Below, piece by piece: positions 47,521-55,327 of a stretch of DNA of 64,000 nucleotides; position 1 is the stretch's first letter; each line of letters begins with the position of its first letter. The stretch is taken from the sequence record NC_061446.1; one strand, written 5' to 3'. Made by a program: the position numbers and the translations under genes. The notes under the pieces are model-generated. The model was given only the letters and a program-made list of their open reading frames with translations, was not told the origin of the DNA and made no database searches.

Positions 47521-48810
47521 TCACTTCTTCTTTTTCTTTTTCTTTTTCTTCTTAGGCTCGTCGTCTTCTTCATCGTCGTTGCCTAAATCAACAGTCAACT
47601 TACCGCTGTAGATGTTCGCCATCACTTCGGTAATTCCAGTCTCCAGCATAATATCTGCCGGCACCGAAGTTGAGTTGAATGCCACTTCTGCATCAGCCAG
47701 AGCTTTCTGCAAATACACCAAACTGACCAGATTGACTTTGATGTTGTCTTTCTTGATCATGTTCATGAACATCTTGAGACCCGCAGACTGCCACTTATTC
47801 GTTTCGGCGTAATGCCCCAACACACCGTGAATAATCCAACGAGCTTTCGCTACGATTGCACGAGGGTTGTTTGCTTCACGCAGGAACTGAATAACACCGA
47901 TCAGGTCCATAGACAGATAAGCACCAATCATCTGAACTGCTTTCGCTTCCATGTCGATTTCTGGATCAGCAGCAGCCAGTTCAGCAACGAGGTTCTTATC
48001 AAAGTCTTCACCACCACGAACAGAGGCGTAGATGTTTTGCAGCATGGTGATTGCACCACGCATCTGTCCACCAGCGTACTCTGCTACCTGATGAAGTGCC
48101 GCTTCTGCTTTATCACGCGCCTTGTCTTTCTTCGGCAGGATATCAAGCTGACCACTGATCTCAATCAGGCGTTTATGAATCACGTCAGTTGCAATCGGTC
48201 TGATCGGCAGTTGCGTCATACGACTGATCATCGTGCCTTTCATCTTCTCAGGGTTCGTTGTTACGAAGATGAAGACTACGTGCGCTGGAGGCTGTTCGGT
48301 AATCTTGAGCAGCTTGGATTCAGCAGCACTGGACATGAGGTGCGATTCGTCGAAGATGAACACACGACGTTTGAACATCGGGCTTAACGGGGCCGAGTCA
48401 ACAATCTTCTGTGAGCCTTCAACTTTACCTGCATCGCCGCCCATATCGAACTCTTGTTCGTCAGGATGTGCGCCACGGTCGTGCATCTCACACGAACGAC
48501 ACTTACCGCAGGCAGAGAACGAATCGCAGTTGATATACTTCGCCACCAGACGTGCGAACGTTGTCTTGCCTGAACCAAGATGACCTGTGATAATCATTGT
48601 TGACGGAATCGTTTTCGACTTCTGCCAACCCTTCATGATCTTCACGATGTGATCTTGACCCACGTAATCTTCGATACGCTTCGGTCGGAACTGATCTGCA
48701 AAGTTAACCGTGGTCAACTCAACAGACTCGGAAGAACCGCTTTTCTTTTTCGATGGCTTATCGTCACCGAACGAACGCGACTTCTTCTTTTTCTTTTCTT
48801 CTTTCGCCAT
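47521..48810 (-). CDS. dnaX: Clamp-loader AAA+ subunit (DnaX gamma/tau-like)
   Basis: RPKRIEDYVGQDH, GHLGSGKTT, Zn module CDSFSACGKCRSC, IFDESH, LLKITEQPP...FIFVTT. Confidence 0.88.
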   Translation of the reverse strand: MAKEEKKKKKSRSFGDDKPSKKKSGSSESVELTTVNFADQFRPKRIEDYVGQDHIVKIMKGWQKSKTIPSTMIITGHLGSGKTTFARLVAKYINCDSFSACGKCRSCEMHDRGAHPDEQEFDMGGDAGKVEGSQKIVDSAPLSPMFKRRVFIFDESHLMSSAAESKLLKITEQPPAHVVFIFVTTNPEKMKGTMISRMTQLPIRPIATDVIHKRLIEISGQLDILPKKDKARDKAEAALHQVAEYAGGQMRGAITMLQNIYASVRGGEDFDKNLVAELAAADPEIDMEAKAVQMIGAYLSMDLIGVIQFLREANNPRAIVAKARWIIHGVLGHYAETNKWQSAGLKMFMNMIKKDNIKVNLVSLVYLQKALADAEVAFNSTSVPADIMLETGITEVMANIYSGKLTVDLGNDDEEDDEPKKKKKKKKKK

Positions 48811-48846
48811 TTTACTTCGCCCTTTATTTTGATGCGTTACACCAGT

Positions 48847-48855
48847 AATTTACAG
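48847..48855 (-). promoter_or_regulatory. Class 1 variant CTGTAAATT
   Basis: Upstream of the clamp loader gene. Confidence 0.55.
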
Positions 48856-48949
48856 ATTTTAGACAAAAAGAAAGGACCACATCTCAAAGTGAGAGGGTCC
48901 TTATTTATAAGGTGTTGGATGATAACACATCGGCAGTGGGCGCTGACGA

Positions 48950-49147
48950 TTAGGCAAAGCACATTTCCCAGCGTGGTACAACGCGGAAGAACTGCTTAAA
49001 GTTGGACGGCGGATTCTTCTTGATTGATTCAAGTTTCTGTTCCACTACGTCATAATCTTTTATGCCACTCTCTACGGTGTGAGTGGTGAATGTACCGTCA
49101 GCCTGAATCAAGTCGGCGACAACACGGTAGCTTGGTTTACGAAGCAT
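48950..49147 (-). CDS. Small hypothetical protein
   Basis: 65 aa, AGGAG RBS, CTGTAAACA upstream. Confidence 0.65.
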   Translation of the reverse strand: MLRKPSYRVVADLIQADGTFTTHTVESGIKDYDVVEQKLESIKKNPPSNFKQFFRVVPRWEMCFA

Positions 49148-49187
49148 CTATTCTCCTGTGTAAAAATTTTCTCGTTCTTCTGAATTA

Positions 49188-49196
49188 TGTTTACAG
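49188..49196 (-). promoter_or_regulatory. Class 1 variant CTGTAAACA
   Basis: Upstream of the 49147 start. Confidence 0.5.
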
Positions 49197-49239
49197 TTTA
49201 CTGCGAGTAGTCACACAAGAATAAAGTCAGACAAATCTT

Positions 49240-49572
49240 AAACTCCAATAGACTCTCATGGAAAGCATATTGGAGTCCACCCTCGCCAGATGACGGTCCA
49301 GCCAGGGCTTTCTCCCCGTGTCTTTCAATTGCACCGACACGGTAGCGCTTGCGGTCTTACGCTCCCTGTGGCTTGCGAACATATCGGCAGGTAGCAGGGT
49401 TCGCAGCCTAGAGCAGCCGCTTTCGGCCATTAGCGATAACGCGGTGTTACGCTAGTTGGCCTGACTCTGTGGCCGAGTCCGTACAAAAAAGAGTTCGGCC
49501 TATCCCCAAATTCGGCAAAAGAAACAGGCCGAACTAAACAGTCAGCGCAAACTCCTTATGCACTGTTTTGTA
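49240..49572 (-). ncRNA. Candidate structured non-coding RNA (no class recognised)
   Basis: The longest gap without a credible gene (only a 67-aa ORF lacking an RBS) is tiled by at least 8 inverted repeats. Strand is inferred from the upstream CTAATTT and the U-tract. Confidence 0.5.
49484..49535 (-). terminator. Terminator-like hairpin inside the candidate ncRNA
   Basis: Perfect 10-bp AGTTCGGCCT/AGGCCGAACT stem followed by CTTTTTT on the minus strand. Confidence 0.65.
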
Positions 49573-49579
49573 CTGTTAC

Positions 49580-49586
49580 AAATTAG
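49580..49586 (-). promoter_or_regulatory. Class 2 motif CTAATTT
   Basis: Upstream of the candidate ncRNA; no gene follows. Confidence 0.45.
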
Positions 49587-49614
49587 AAACATCCTGCAAT
49601 AAATCAGACAATTC

Positions 49615-50202
49615 TTAGTCTAACATTGGAATAAGATTTTGCAGAAAATGCTCACGGTCAAACGACGAAATTCTGTGCGGATGATCAATGTGCATGTTCC
49701 ATGGTTTGTTGAATAGCAGTACGCTACGAGGCAGCACCAGTTGCTCACCGACGCGAGTGAACTTATCCCGCACGGCAGTAACAGGATTATCATCGACAAG
49801 GACGTAGGTACCTTCGCCGTGTACTTCGTTCAGATACGCAATCTTGTCAGGATGCTGGCGGCTATCCAAAACATGAATGTGATCGAACAACGACAGGTGC
49901 TTCTCCAAAGACTTGCGCGTGTTGCGTTCGCCTTTAGGGTGATAGCCTCTGTGTGTACAAATACCCGCACTGAAACCTTCACGTACCAACATCGCAACCG
50001 TCTGGATGAAGTAGTCACGCATGTTGGCTTCGAGCATAAAGCGGCCGTCTTCCAGCATATCAATAAACGGCTGCTTACCATTCTCAGGCGTGATGTAGGA
50101 ATCGGTACCTGGATAGATTCCCCAGTTCATCAGATAGCACAACATAAAGTTATGCGTGTCGAATGCTGTGTCGTCCATGTCGAAGAAAATCTTCTTAATC
50201 AT
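49615..50202 (-). CDS. HAD-superfamily 5'(3')-deoxyribonucleotidase-like phosphatase
   Basis: IFFDMDDT, ICTHRG, DKIAYL, LVDD and LFNKPWN motifs. Confidence 0.8.
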   Translation of the reverse strand: MIKKIFFDMDDTAFDTHNFMLCYLMNWGIYPGTDSYITPENGKQPFIDMLEDGRFMLEANMRDYFIQTVAMLVREGFSAGICTHRGYHPKGERNTRKSLEKHLSLFDHIHVLDSRQHPDKIAYLNEVHGEGTYVLVDDNPVTAVRDKFTRVGEQLVLPRSVLLFNKPWNMHIDHPHRISSFDREHFLQNLIPMLD

Positions 50203-50546
50203 TAGTGCCTCGTACTTTTGACAACCAAAGGAATGTCATTGATGAAAGCGAGAGTTAGCAACTCACCATTATGGCGCAATCGCATTTCATCGGCATTCAT
50301 TACGACAACAATATCGGCGAGAGGATCTACCTTGAACGTTGGGACTTCGATAAGCTGTGCTTCCACTTCGCTTTCTTCGTCGTCAACAACGTAATAGCCT
50401 CCATACATTAATACAGTGTCACCTGAATCTACAAGGTGACCAACGATACACTCGTCACCATCAATAACCATATGCAGCGGCTGATCGATGTAGTAACCGT
50501 TACCGTCATCTGAGTCGAACTCAAAGTCGAAGTCCTCGTCGCCCAT
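50202..50546 (-). CDS. Highly acidic small protein
   Basis: 114 aa; hand count of 27 Asp/Glu versus 5 Lys/Arg. Confidence 0.7.
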   Translation of the reverse strand: MGDEDFDFEFDSDDGNGYYIDQPLHMVIDGDECIVGHLVDSGDTVLMYGGYYVVDDEESEVEAQLIEVPTFKVDPLADIVVVMNADEMRLRHNGELLTLAFINDIPLVVKSTRH

Positions 50547-50549
50547 AAT

Positions 50550-51125
50550 CTATGCCCTCAAATCAACCAAGATAGATGCAGACAAATCTCGAAGCATGTC
50601 ACGACCGAGAGGTGTGTACATTGTTTGGGAAACTACAATTCGTTCAAGGAAGAGGCGAGAACTGATAACGTCCTGTCCTGTGCGCTGTTGAACGAAATCA
50701 ATTATGGCTGATGGCGGTTGAATGAGGAACGTTAAGATCTCAGCGTCATGCAGGACGCTACCCATCTCTGTAACAGGACGCATCTCTGTTTCCTGATCGA
50801 GAATGTATGAGATTACACGATCTTCATTACCAATGTTGCGATGTGTTTTAAAGAACTTGCGAGCAGCACTCACGGTGCACATAAAATCGTACTCCGAAGA
50901 AGTCGGCATACGGAGAAAGAGTGAAGCTAAGAGCAGGTTTATTTCTAACTGCGGGCCTTGCTCGATGTTTAACATGGCATGAGAGGTCAGTACCACATCT
51001 AACGAGAAGTCACGAGTGTAGAGCGGGTGAGAGTTCGCTGTCTGATCAAAGTAGTCGAGAGCCATGTGCAGCCCTCGACGTTTTAACAGGTGCTCTGCCT
51101 TGATACGGTTCAGGCGGTGCATCAC
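50550..51125 (-). CDS. Hypothetical protein, possibly degenerate HD-domain fold
   Basis: SHPLY...V...ML and VLHDAEIL echo HD hydrolases, but the central HD dyad is absent. Confidence 0.5.
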   Translation of the reverse strand: MMHRLNRIKAEHLLKRRGLHMALDYFDQTANSHPLYTRDFSLDVVLTSHAMLNIEQGPQLEINLLLASLFLRMPTSSEYDFMCTVSAARKFFKTHRNIGNEDRVISYILDQETEMRPVTEMGSVLHDAEILTFLIQPPSAIIDFVQQRTGQDVISSRLFLERIVVSQTMYTPLGRDMLRDLSASILVDLRA

Positions 51126-52096
51126 TCGGCGCCACGAATCTCTTTGAGAGAGTTCTTGATCGCTTTGCGCAGCGTCTTACCAGTGTCAATGCCGTCGATG
51201 TGACGAGCAAACACATTCGCAAACAACGTGGTTGGATTCTTCATGATTGCTTTGTCGAGGTCAGGACGACCCTCAGCAATCTGAATCTCACCTGGCCAGA
51301 GTTCGGCAACTGCCTGACTGTCGTTAGCGGCAATCAGCTCTAGTTCACGGACCGAGATACTGTTCTGGCGAGCAATCGTGCGGAAGATCATGTCAACGAA
51401 AGGCAGCAGGTCTTCGGACACAACGTTCTTCACGTCTTTCGCATCACCAGCTCGCTGGAAATCTTCCAGCAGGCCTTCGAGGTGAGTCTGCGTGATCTTC
51501 TGGACGTTACGCAGTTTCTTGAACAGCATCATCCAGCGGACTTTGCGTTTAGAACTCAGCAGGTGCGTCCACACTGATTCGCCTAAGGCAATCATCAATT
51601 TGTTGTAGACGTCAACCGACACGCAATCACGATCAACAAACACAGTGATCTCGTCGTGCCACTCGTCCTTCTTGAACTTCGTTCGGAAGGAGTGAGTCTT
51701 CGACCCTGATTGCTGGACGAAGTTGATTTGCTTGCAGCGGCGCATAGCCTCCTGAAGGCCGTACTTCTCAATCACCTTCGGAAGTTTCTTCACGGCCAGA
51801 CGACAGGCTTTAGCGACTTCTGCTTCGCGCCCGTAGAGAGCGAGACGAGGCAGACCACCATAGACAGGCATTGATGCGTAAGGTCGGACAGTGACACCGC
51901 ATACAGACATGCCTGGCTCAGGGTCTGGCCCCAAGACAGCCAGCACGTCACCCGCTTTGGGACTGAACTTGATCGTTTCTGTTTCCGGCGCACCAAGCGT
52001 GTTAGCCAGAATGCCAACAGTGTTGCCGGTTGCCAGAACAAGATGATTCTTGTTACCTTGCCTTACGACAAGGTAATCATTTTCACTATGTTTCAT
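51122..52096 (-). CDS. Hypothetical protein
   Basis: 324-aa ORF with regular codon usage. Confidence 0.75.
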   Translation of the reverse strand: MKHSENDYLVVRQGNKNHLVLATGNTVGILANTLGAPETETIKFSPKAGDVLAVLGPDPEPGMSVCGVTVRPYASMPVYGGLPRLALYGREAEVAKACRLAVKKLPKVIEKYGLQEAMRRCKQINFVQQSGSKTHSFRTKFKKDEWHDEITVFVDRDCVSVDVYNKLMIALGESVWTHLLSSKRKVRWMMLFKKLRNVQKITQTHLEGLLEDFQRAGDAKDVKNVVSEDLLPFVDMIFRTIARQNSISVRELELIAANDSQAVAELWPGEIQIAEGRPDLDKAIMKNPTTLFANVFARHIDGIDTGKTLRKAIKNSLKEIRGAE

Positions 52097-52104
52097 AACG
52101 GCCT

Positions 52105-52623
52105 TTAAAAGATTGAGTCAGCGATATTGTAGGTGTGCACCTGTGCGGTATGCCCACGACAGATACGACCTTCGGATTGCTCGAACGTTGCAGGACGCCA
52201 GTCTTCTTTGGCTTCAATGGAGACGATGACTTGCTCGTCCCCCATGTCACCGTCTTCGAGAGTTCCAGCGATCATGCGAAGCGCAGCAGGTCGGTCTTTG
52301 CCGAGATGCGATAACTCCGCAATCATGACACGCGGCTTGGTACGATCACCAAGTTCGTCGAGCGCCCAGCCAAGCTCAGACAGAGAACGAATTTGGTACG
52401 CTTCAACTTGAGCGTTACCACTGTACTCGTCTGGTCCGAAATAAACAATTTCAAAATCGTTGACGTCGGTTTGACTGACAAAGAAGTGAGGTGCGTCCAC
52501 CATAATAGAAGGTGAGGCGCACATCTGGAGCATGCCCATGTATGGATTAGGAATCTCACGGGCTTCTACCGAACAGGACTTCCCAGCAAAACTTTGGATT
52601 ATGCTGTGTGCGAGATTATTCAT
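52105..52623 (-). CDS. Hypothetical protein
   Basis: Start moved to ATG 52623 (MNNLAHS) after GAGG. Confidence 0.7.
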   Translation of the reverse strand: MNNLAHSIIQSFAGKSCSVEAREIPNPYMGMLQMCASPSIMVDAPHFFVSQTDVNDFEIVYFGPDEYSGNAQVEAYQIRSLSELGWALDELGDRTKPRVMIAELSHLGKDRPAALRMIAGTLEDGDMGDEQVIVSIEAKEDWRPATFEQSEGRICRGHTAQVHTYNIADSIF

Positions 52624-52630
52624 TGTAACC

Positions 52631-52825
52631 TCAGTTCTCAGGAGTAGGTTTGGTCGGGCTTGGTGTATACATAAAACCATAGCCCACCATTTTGTTTTGT
52701 TGACGCTTTGCTTGCTGCTTGCGTTTGATCTCGGCGTCACGCTTGTCCAGCTCGTCAAAGATACCTACGCGGCGAGCATAACGAAACTTCGGATGTACGG
52801 AGATATGTTTGACGATAGCTGTCAT
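52631..52825 (-). CDS. Small basic protein
   Basis: 64 aa with GAGGA RBS, filling the operon gap. Confidence 0.6.
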   Translation of the reverse strand: MTAIVKHISVHPKFRYARRVGIFDELDKRDAEIKRKQQAKRQQNKMVGYGFMYTPSPTKPTPEN

Positions 52826-52835
52826 GCGTTATTCC

Positions 52836-53303
52836 TCAATCGGGTTTTTCAAGTTGCCTGTGAATGAAGTACATCATATCGTCATCTTCATCCTCCGGCT
52901 CGTAAAGATCTAGCTTTGGAAAATTCCAAGCGACCTCTACTTCATATCGCCTAAGTGCGAACATTATCGCTGCATCAATTTCTTGATAAACGCATTCGAA
53001 AGGCTTTAAGTAAGGATAGGACAGGCATAAAGTTTTTATTGGCTCAGGCGGGCAAGTCTTCAACCACGGAACTATCTCAGCAAGAGATTTCTCCAGCAGT
53101 TCTTTACTTCCGTACTTAGGCCAGTCCTCAAGAAGAAGTTTGGTTATGTACTTCTTTCGATTCTTAGCGAGTGCCGCATATTCCCGAGTAAGAAATTTCT
53201 CAACGCCTTTCTCTGGAACAGTTTGTTTCTTTGCGGCTAGAACGATTTCAAGTTTGACCGCTATGCGCAATCGAGCCAACTGACTGCATTTAACTTTCGG
53301 CAT
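52836..53303 (-). CDS. Hypothetical protein coupled to the Pol-like gene
   Basis: 155 aa, TAATG overlap with 53303-54952. Confidence 0.65.
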   Translation of the reverse strand: MPKVKCSQLARLRIAVKLEIVLAAKKQTVPEKGVEKFLTREYAALAKNRKKYITKLLLEDWPKYGSKELLEKSLAEIVPWLKTCPPEPIKTLCLSYPYLKPFECVYQEIDAAIMFALRRYEVEVAWNFPKLDLYEPEDEDDDMMYFIHRQLEKPD

Positions 53304-54952
53304 TAATCATCACCCATAAAATCAAGGGTATCAGAGAATTTCTTAATGATGAACTTCGCCTTAGCCGACTGGACGTCACCCTTAGATTTCATTAGGGCGC
53401 CATCGTGTTCAAGCGAGTAAACGATTTCAACATTACCACTTAGAATCGCCTCAAACAAATGATTCGATTCAATGCCAGATATGCAATGACTCATGGTTCG
53501 TCGTCGCACCTTACGAGACGAGATACATTGGTCATGTTCGAGAACATACTTGGCTCCAGTATCGCACGTCAGCAACATTCCTTCGGACGTATAGCGGAAT
53601 CGCTTGGAATAAATATCACATAGTCTCTGTAGCGCTTCGATGAAATGCTTGCAGTCTATGTTCCACGACTCCACAAAGTCGTAGACCTCACTCAGATTTT
53701 TAAAGTGAGGTCTAAGCGCCATCACAGCACTCGCCCTAGGGCTTTTCGCCAACCTGTCCGCACTGAACAGCGTTCCATAAAAACAAATTTTCACCAGCTT
53801 CTTCGATAGGCGAGTGTTGTTTGGGTTAGCTTGTTGGAGTTTATCTACAATGTCATTTACAGAATGTACATCGTCAAGGAAGCTGCACTCGATGCCGTTG
53901 TCTGCAAACTCCTTACGGATGATGTTGAGCTGACTGCTCTCCATATCCCAGTTATCGCCAACAACACTACATGCCTGTTTAAGAACGGCAGGGAATGATT
54001 GGAACCCACCACCCTGTTCGAACAGACGCCCACCGACTCGCGCAATTGTATACGCTGGGTAGTATCTGATTATCAGAGGTTCCTCGGACACGATCTGAAT
54101 CGGTCCCGAAAGAATCGCCTGTAGACAACTCATTACCTGATGATATTGTTTTAAGGCCTTTCGTGTCCCTCTGAAACTCTTAACAGTCAGATAATCGAGA
54201 ATGGGGTCGATAGCAATTTCGTTTGGCCCTATCTTCTTCAACACCGCATTATAGAGCTTACGCGCAGCACGATCCCGATTAGAGTTCAGTCCGTATTTTG
54301 CGTTGCCTCCGGACAGGTCATGCTTTCGAGGCTTGAAAGGTTTGTTAGCACTCGCGCTGATCATATCCATAATCGTTTGACCGAATCGTTCTTGAACCGC
54401 CTTCAATGGACTATAGAGTCTCGTTAGCTCAAGAATTTCACGACTGGACTTAGGGCGATTCGGGTACATCGCGTCTAAGTGCTTTCGCTTGATGCGGAAC
54501 TCTCGACAACGACCAGGCGATCCCGGCGTTTTCTTTTTATACTTCTTGTAGTCCATTACATTAGCGATAAGCCACTCAAGGGCTCGGCTGAAATGTTTTT
54601 CAGTTCGTTCCCATTTTGGACCTACTGGACCACGTAACTTATTTTCGCACCCGAATACCATCGGAAGCTCTTTGACTCCAAGTTTTCTGCTGAACGGCAC
54701 CCACACGGTACCAAACTTTTCAAACTTCTTTCTTTTTGTCGGATAAAGCGAGGATTGAAGCACATGCCAGAAAAATAGATTGATCTGACGGCGAAACTCG
54801 GCTTCATGCTTCGCTGGACCGTCATACGGGCATTTCTCAACAACATTATCCCTCACCCACACCAGAGGTTCTAGCTCTTGGTGAGTGGGATTTCGCGTCA
54901 AGACCGCTTTGCCCTTTTTCATAAAAGAAGACATTCGAATCTCCTGAATCAC
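53303..54952 (-). CDS. Divergent family A / TV-Pol-like polymerase-fold protein
   Basis: GGRL..FQSFP, NWDMESSQ, VKICFYGTLF, ISGIES and LEHDG occur in PolA motif order; no exonuclease motifs seen. Confidence 0.6.
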   Translation of the reverse strand: MIQEIRMSSFMKKGKAVLTRNPTHQELEPLVWVRDNVVEKCPYDGPAKHEAEFRRQINLFFWHVLQSSLYPTKRKKFEKFGTVWVPFSRKLGVKELPMVFGCENKLRGPVGPKWERTEKHFSRALEWLIANVMDYKKYKKKTPGSPGRCREFRIKRKHLDAMYPNRPKSSREILELTRLYSPLKAVQERFGQTIMDMISASANKPFKPRKHDLSGGNAKYGLNSNRDRAARKLYNAVLKKIGPNEIAIDPILDYLTVKSFRGTRKALKQYHQVMSCLQAILSGPIQIVSEEPLIIRYYPAYTIARVGGRLFEQGGGFQSFPAVLKQACSVVGDNWDMESSQLNIIRKEFADNGIECSFLDDVHSVNDIVDKLQQANPNNTRLSKKLVKICFYGTLFSADRLAKSPRASAVMALRPHFKNLSEVYDFVESWNIDCKHFIEALQRLCDIYSKRFRYTSEGMLLTCDTGAKYVLEHDQCISSRKVRRRTMSHCISGIESNHLFEAILSGNVEIVYSLEHDGALMKSKGDVQSAKAKFIIKKFSDTLDFMGDD

Positions 54953-54976
54953 TTCTTTTCTTCGTTTTCTTCTTGT

Positions 54977-54985
54977 TGTTTACAG
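54977..54985 (-). promoter_or_regulatory. Class 1 variant CTGTAAACA
   Basis: Upstream of the Pol-like gene. Confidence 0.5.
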
Positions 54986-55120
54986 AAACCTCTTGCTTTG
55001 CAAGGCGATACAAGGCAGGTAGAAGAACAAGCAACGCTGGGCGATCGAGCGGCGCGCTCAAGGCACGGGATATACGGATATACATGAGGGCTTTAGGCGC
55101 ACTCCGTTTTTGAGCCACCA

Positions 55121-55327
55121 AAAAGGAAGAACCACACCCTCATACGTTAAAACCCATGTCCTATACGCTTAAACATATACCCAGGAGCGATCACAATTTT
55201 CAAAAAGATCTACCCGAAACCATGTAAATTTTTTTCAAATTTGGAGAGATTTCTGTCCATTTTTCACCCAATGGGTCAAAAACAGAGGAAAAACCCGAAT
55301 AAAATCAAGGACTTTTCCTCTTCTGCA
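55121..55327. other. AT-rich non-coding tract (possible origin or promoter region)
   Basis: Hand count 65/180 G+C (36%) over 55141-55320; A/T tracts; imperfect repeats ATACGTTAAAAC / ATACGCTTAAAC. Confidence 0.4.

Noticed and set aside
49227-49430. 67-aa ORF inside the structured region
   Set aside because: No convincing RBS, atypical composition, and it overlaps dense hairpins; a non-coding reading fits better but is not proven.
49240-49572. RNase P, tmRNA or intron identity for the structured region (GAGAAAGCCCTGGCT resembles the RNase P GAGGAAAGUCC segment)
   Set aside because: The similarity is near the 3' end rather than the 5' end, the partner P4 strand is missing, there is no tRNA-like CCA end, and no group II domain V or group I P7 signature.
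53854-53862. CTGTAAATG, and CCTGTAAACC near 6880, as class 1 promoters
   Set aside because: Both lie deep inside coding sequence with no nearby start and carry mismatches.
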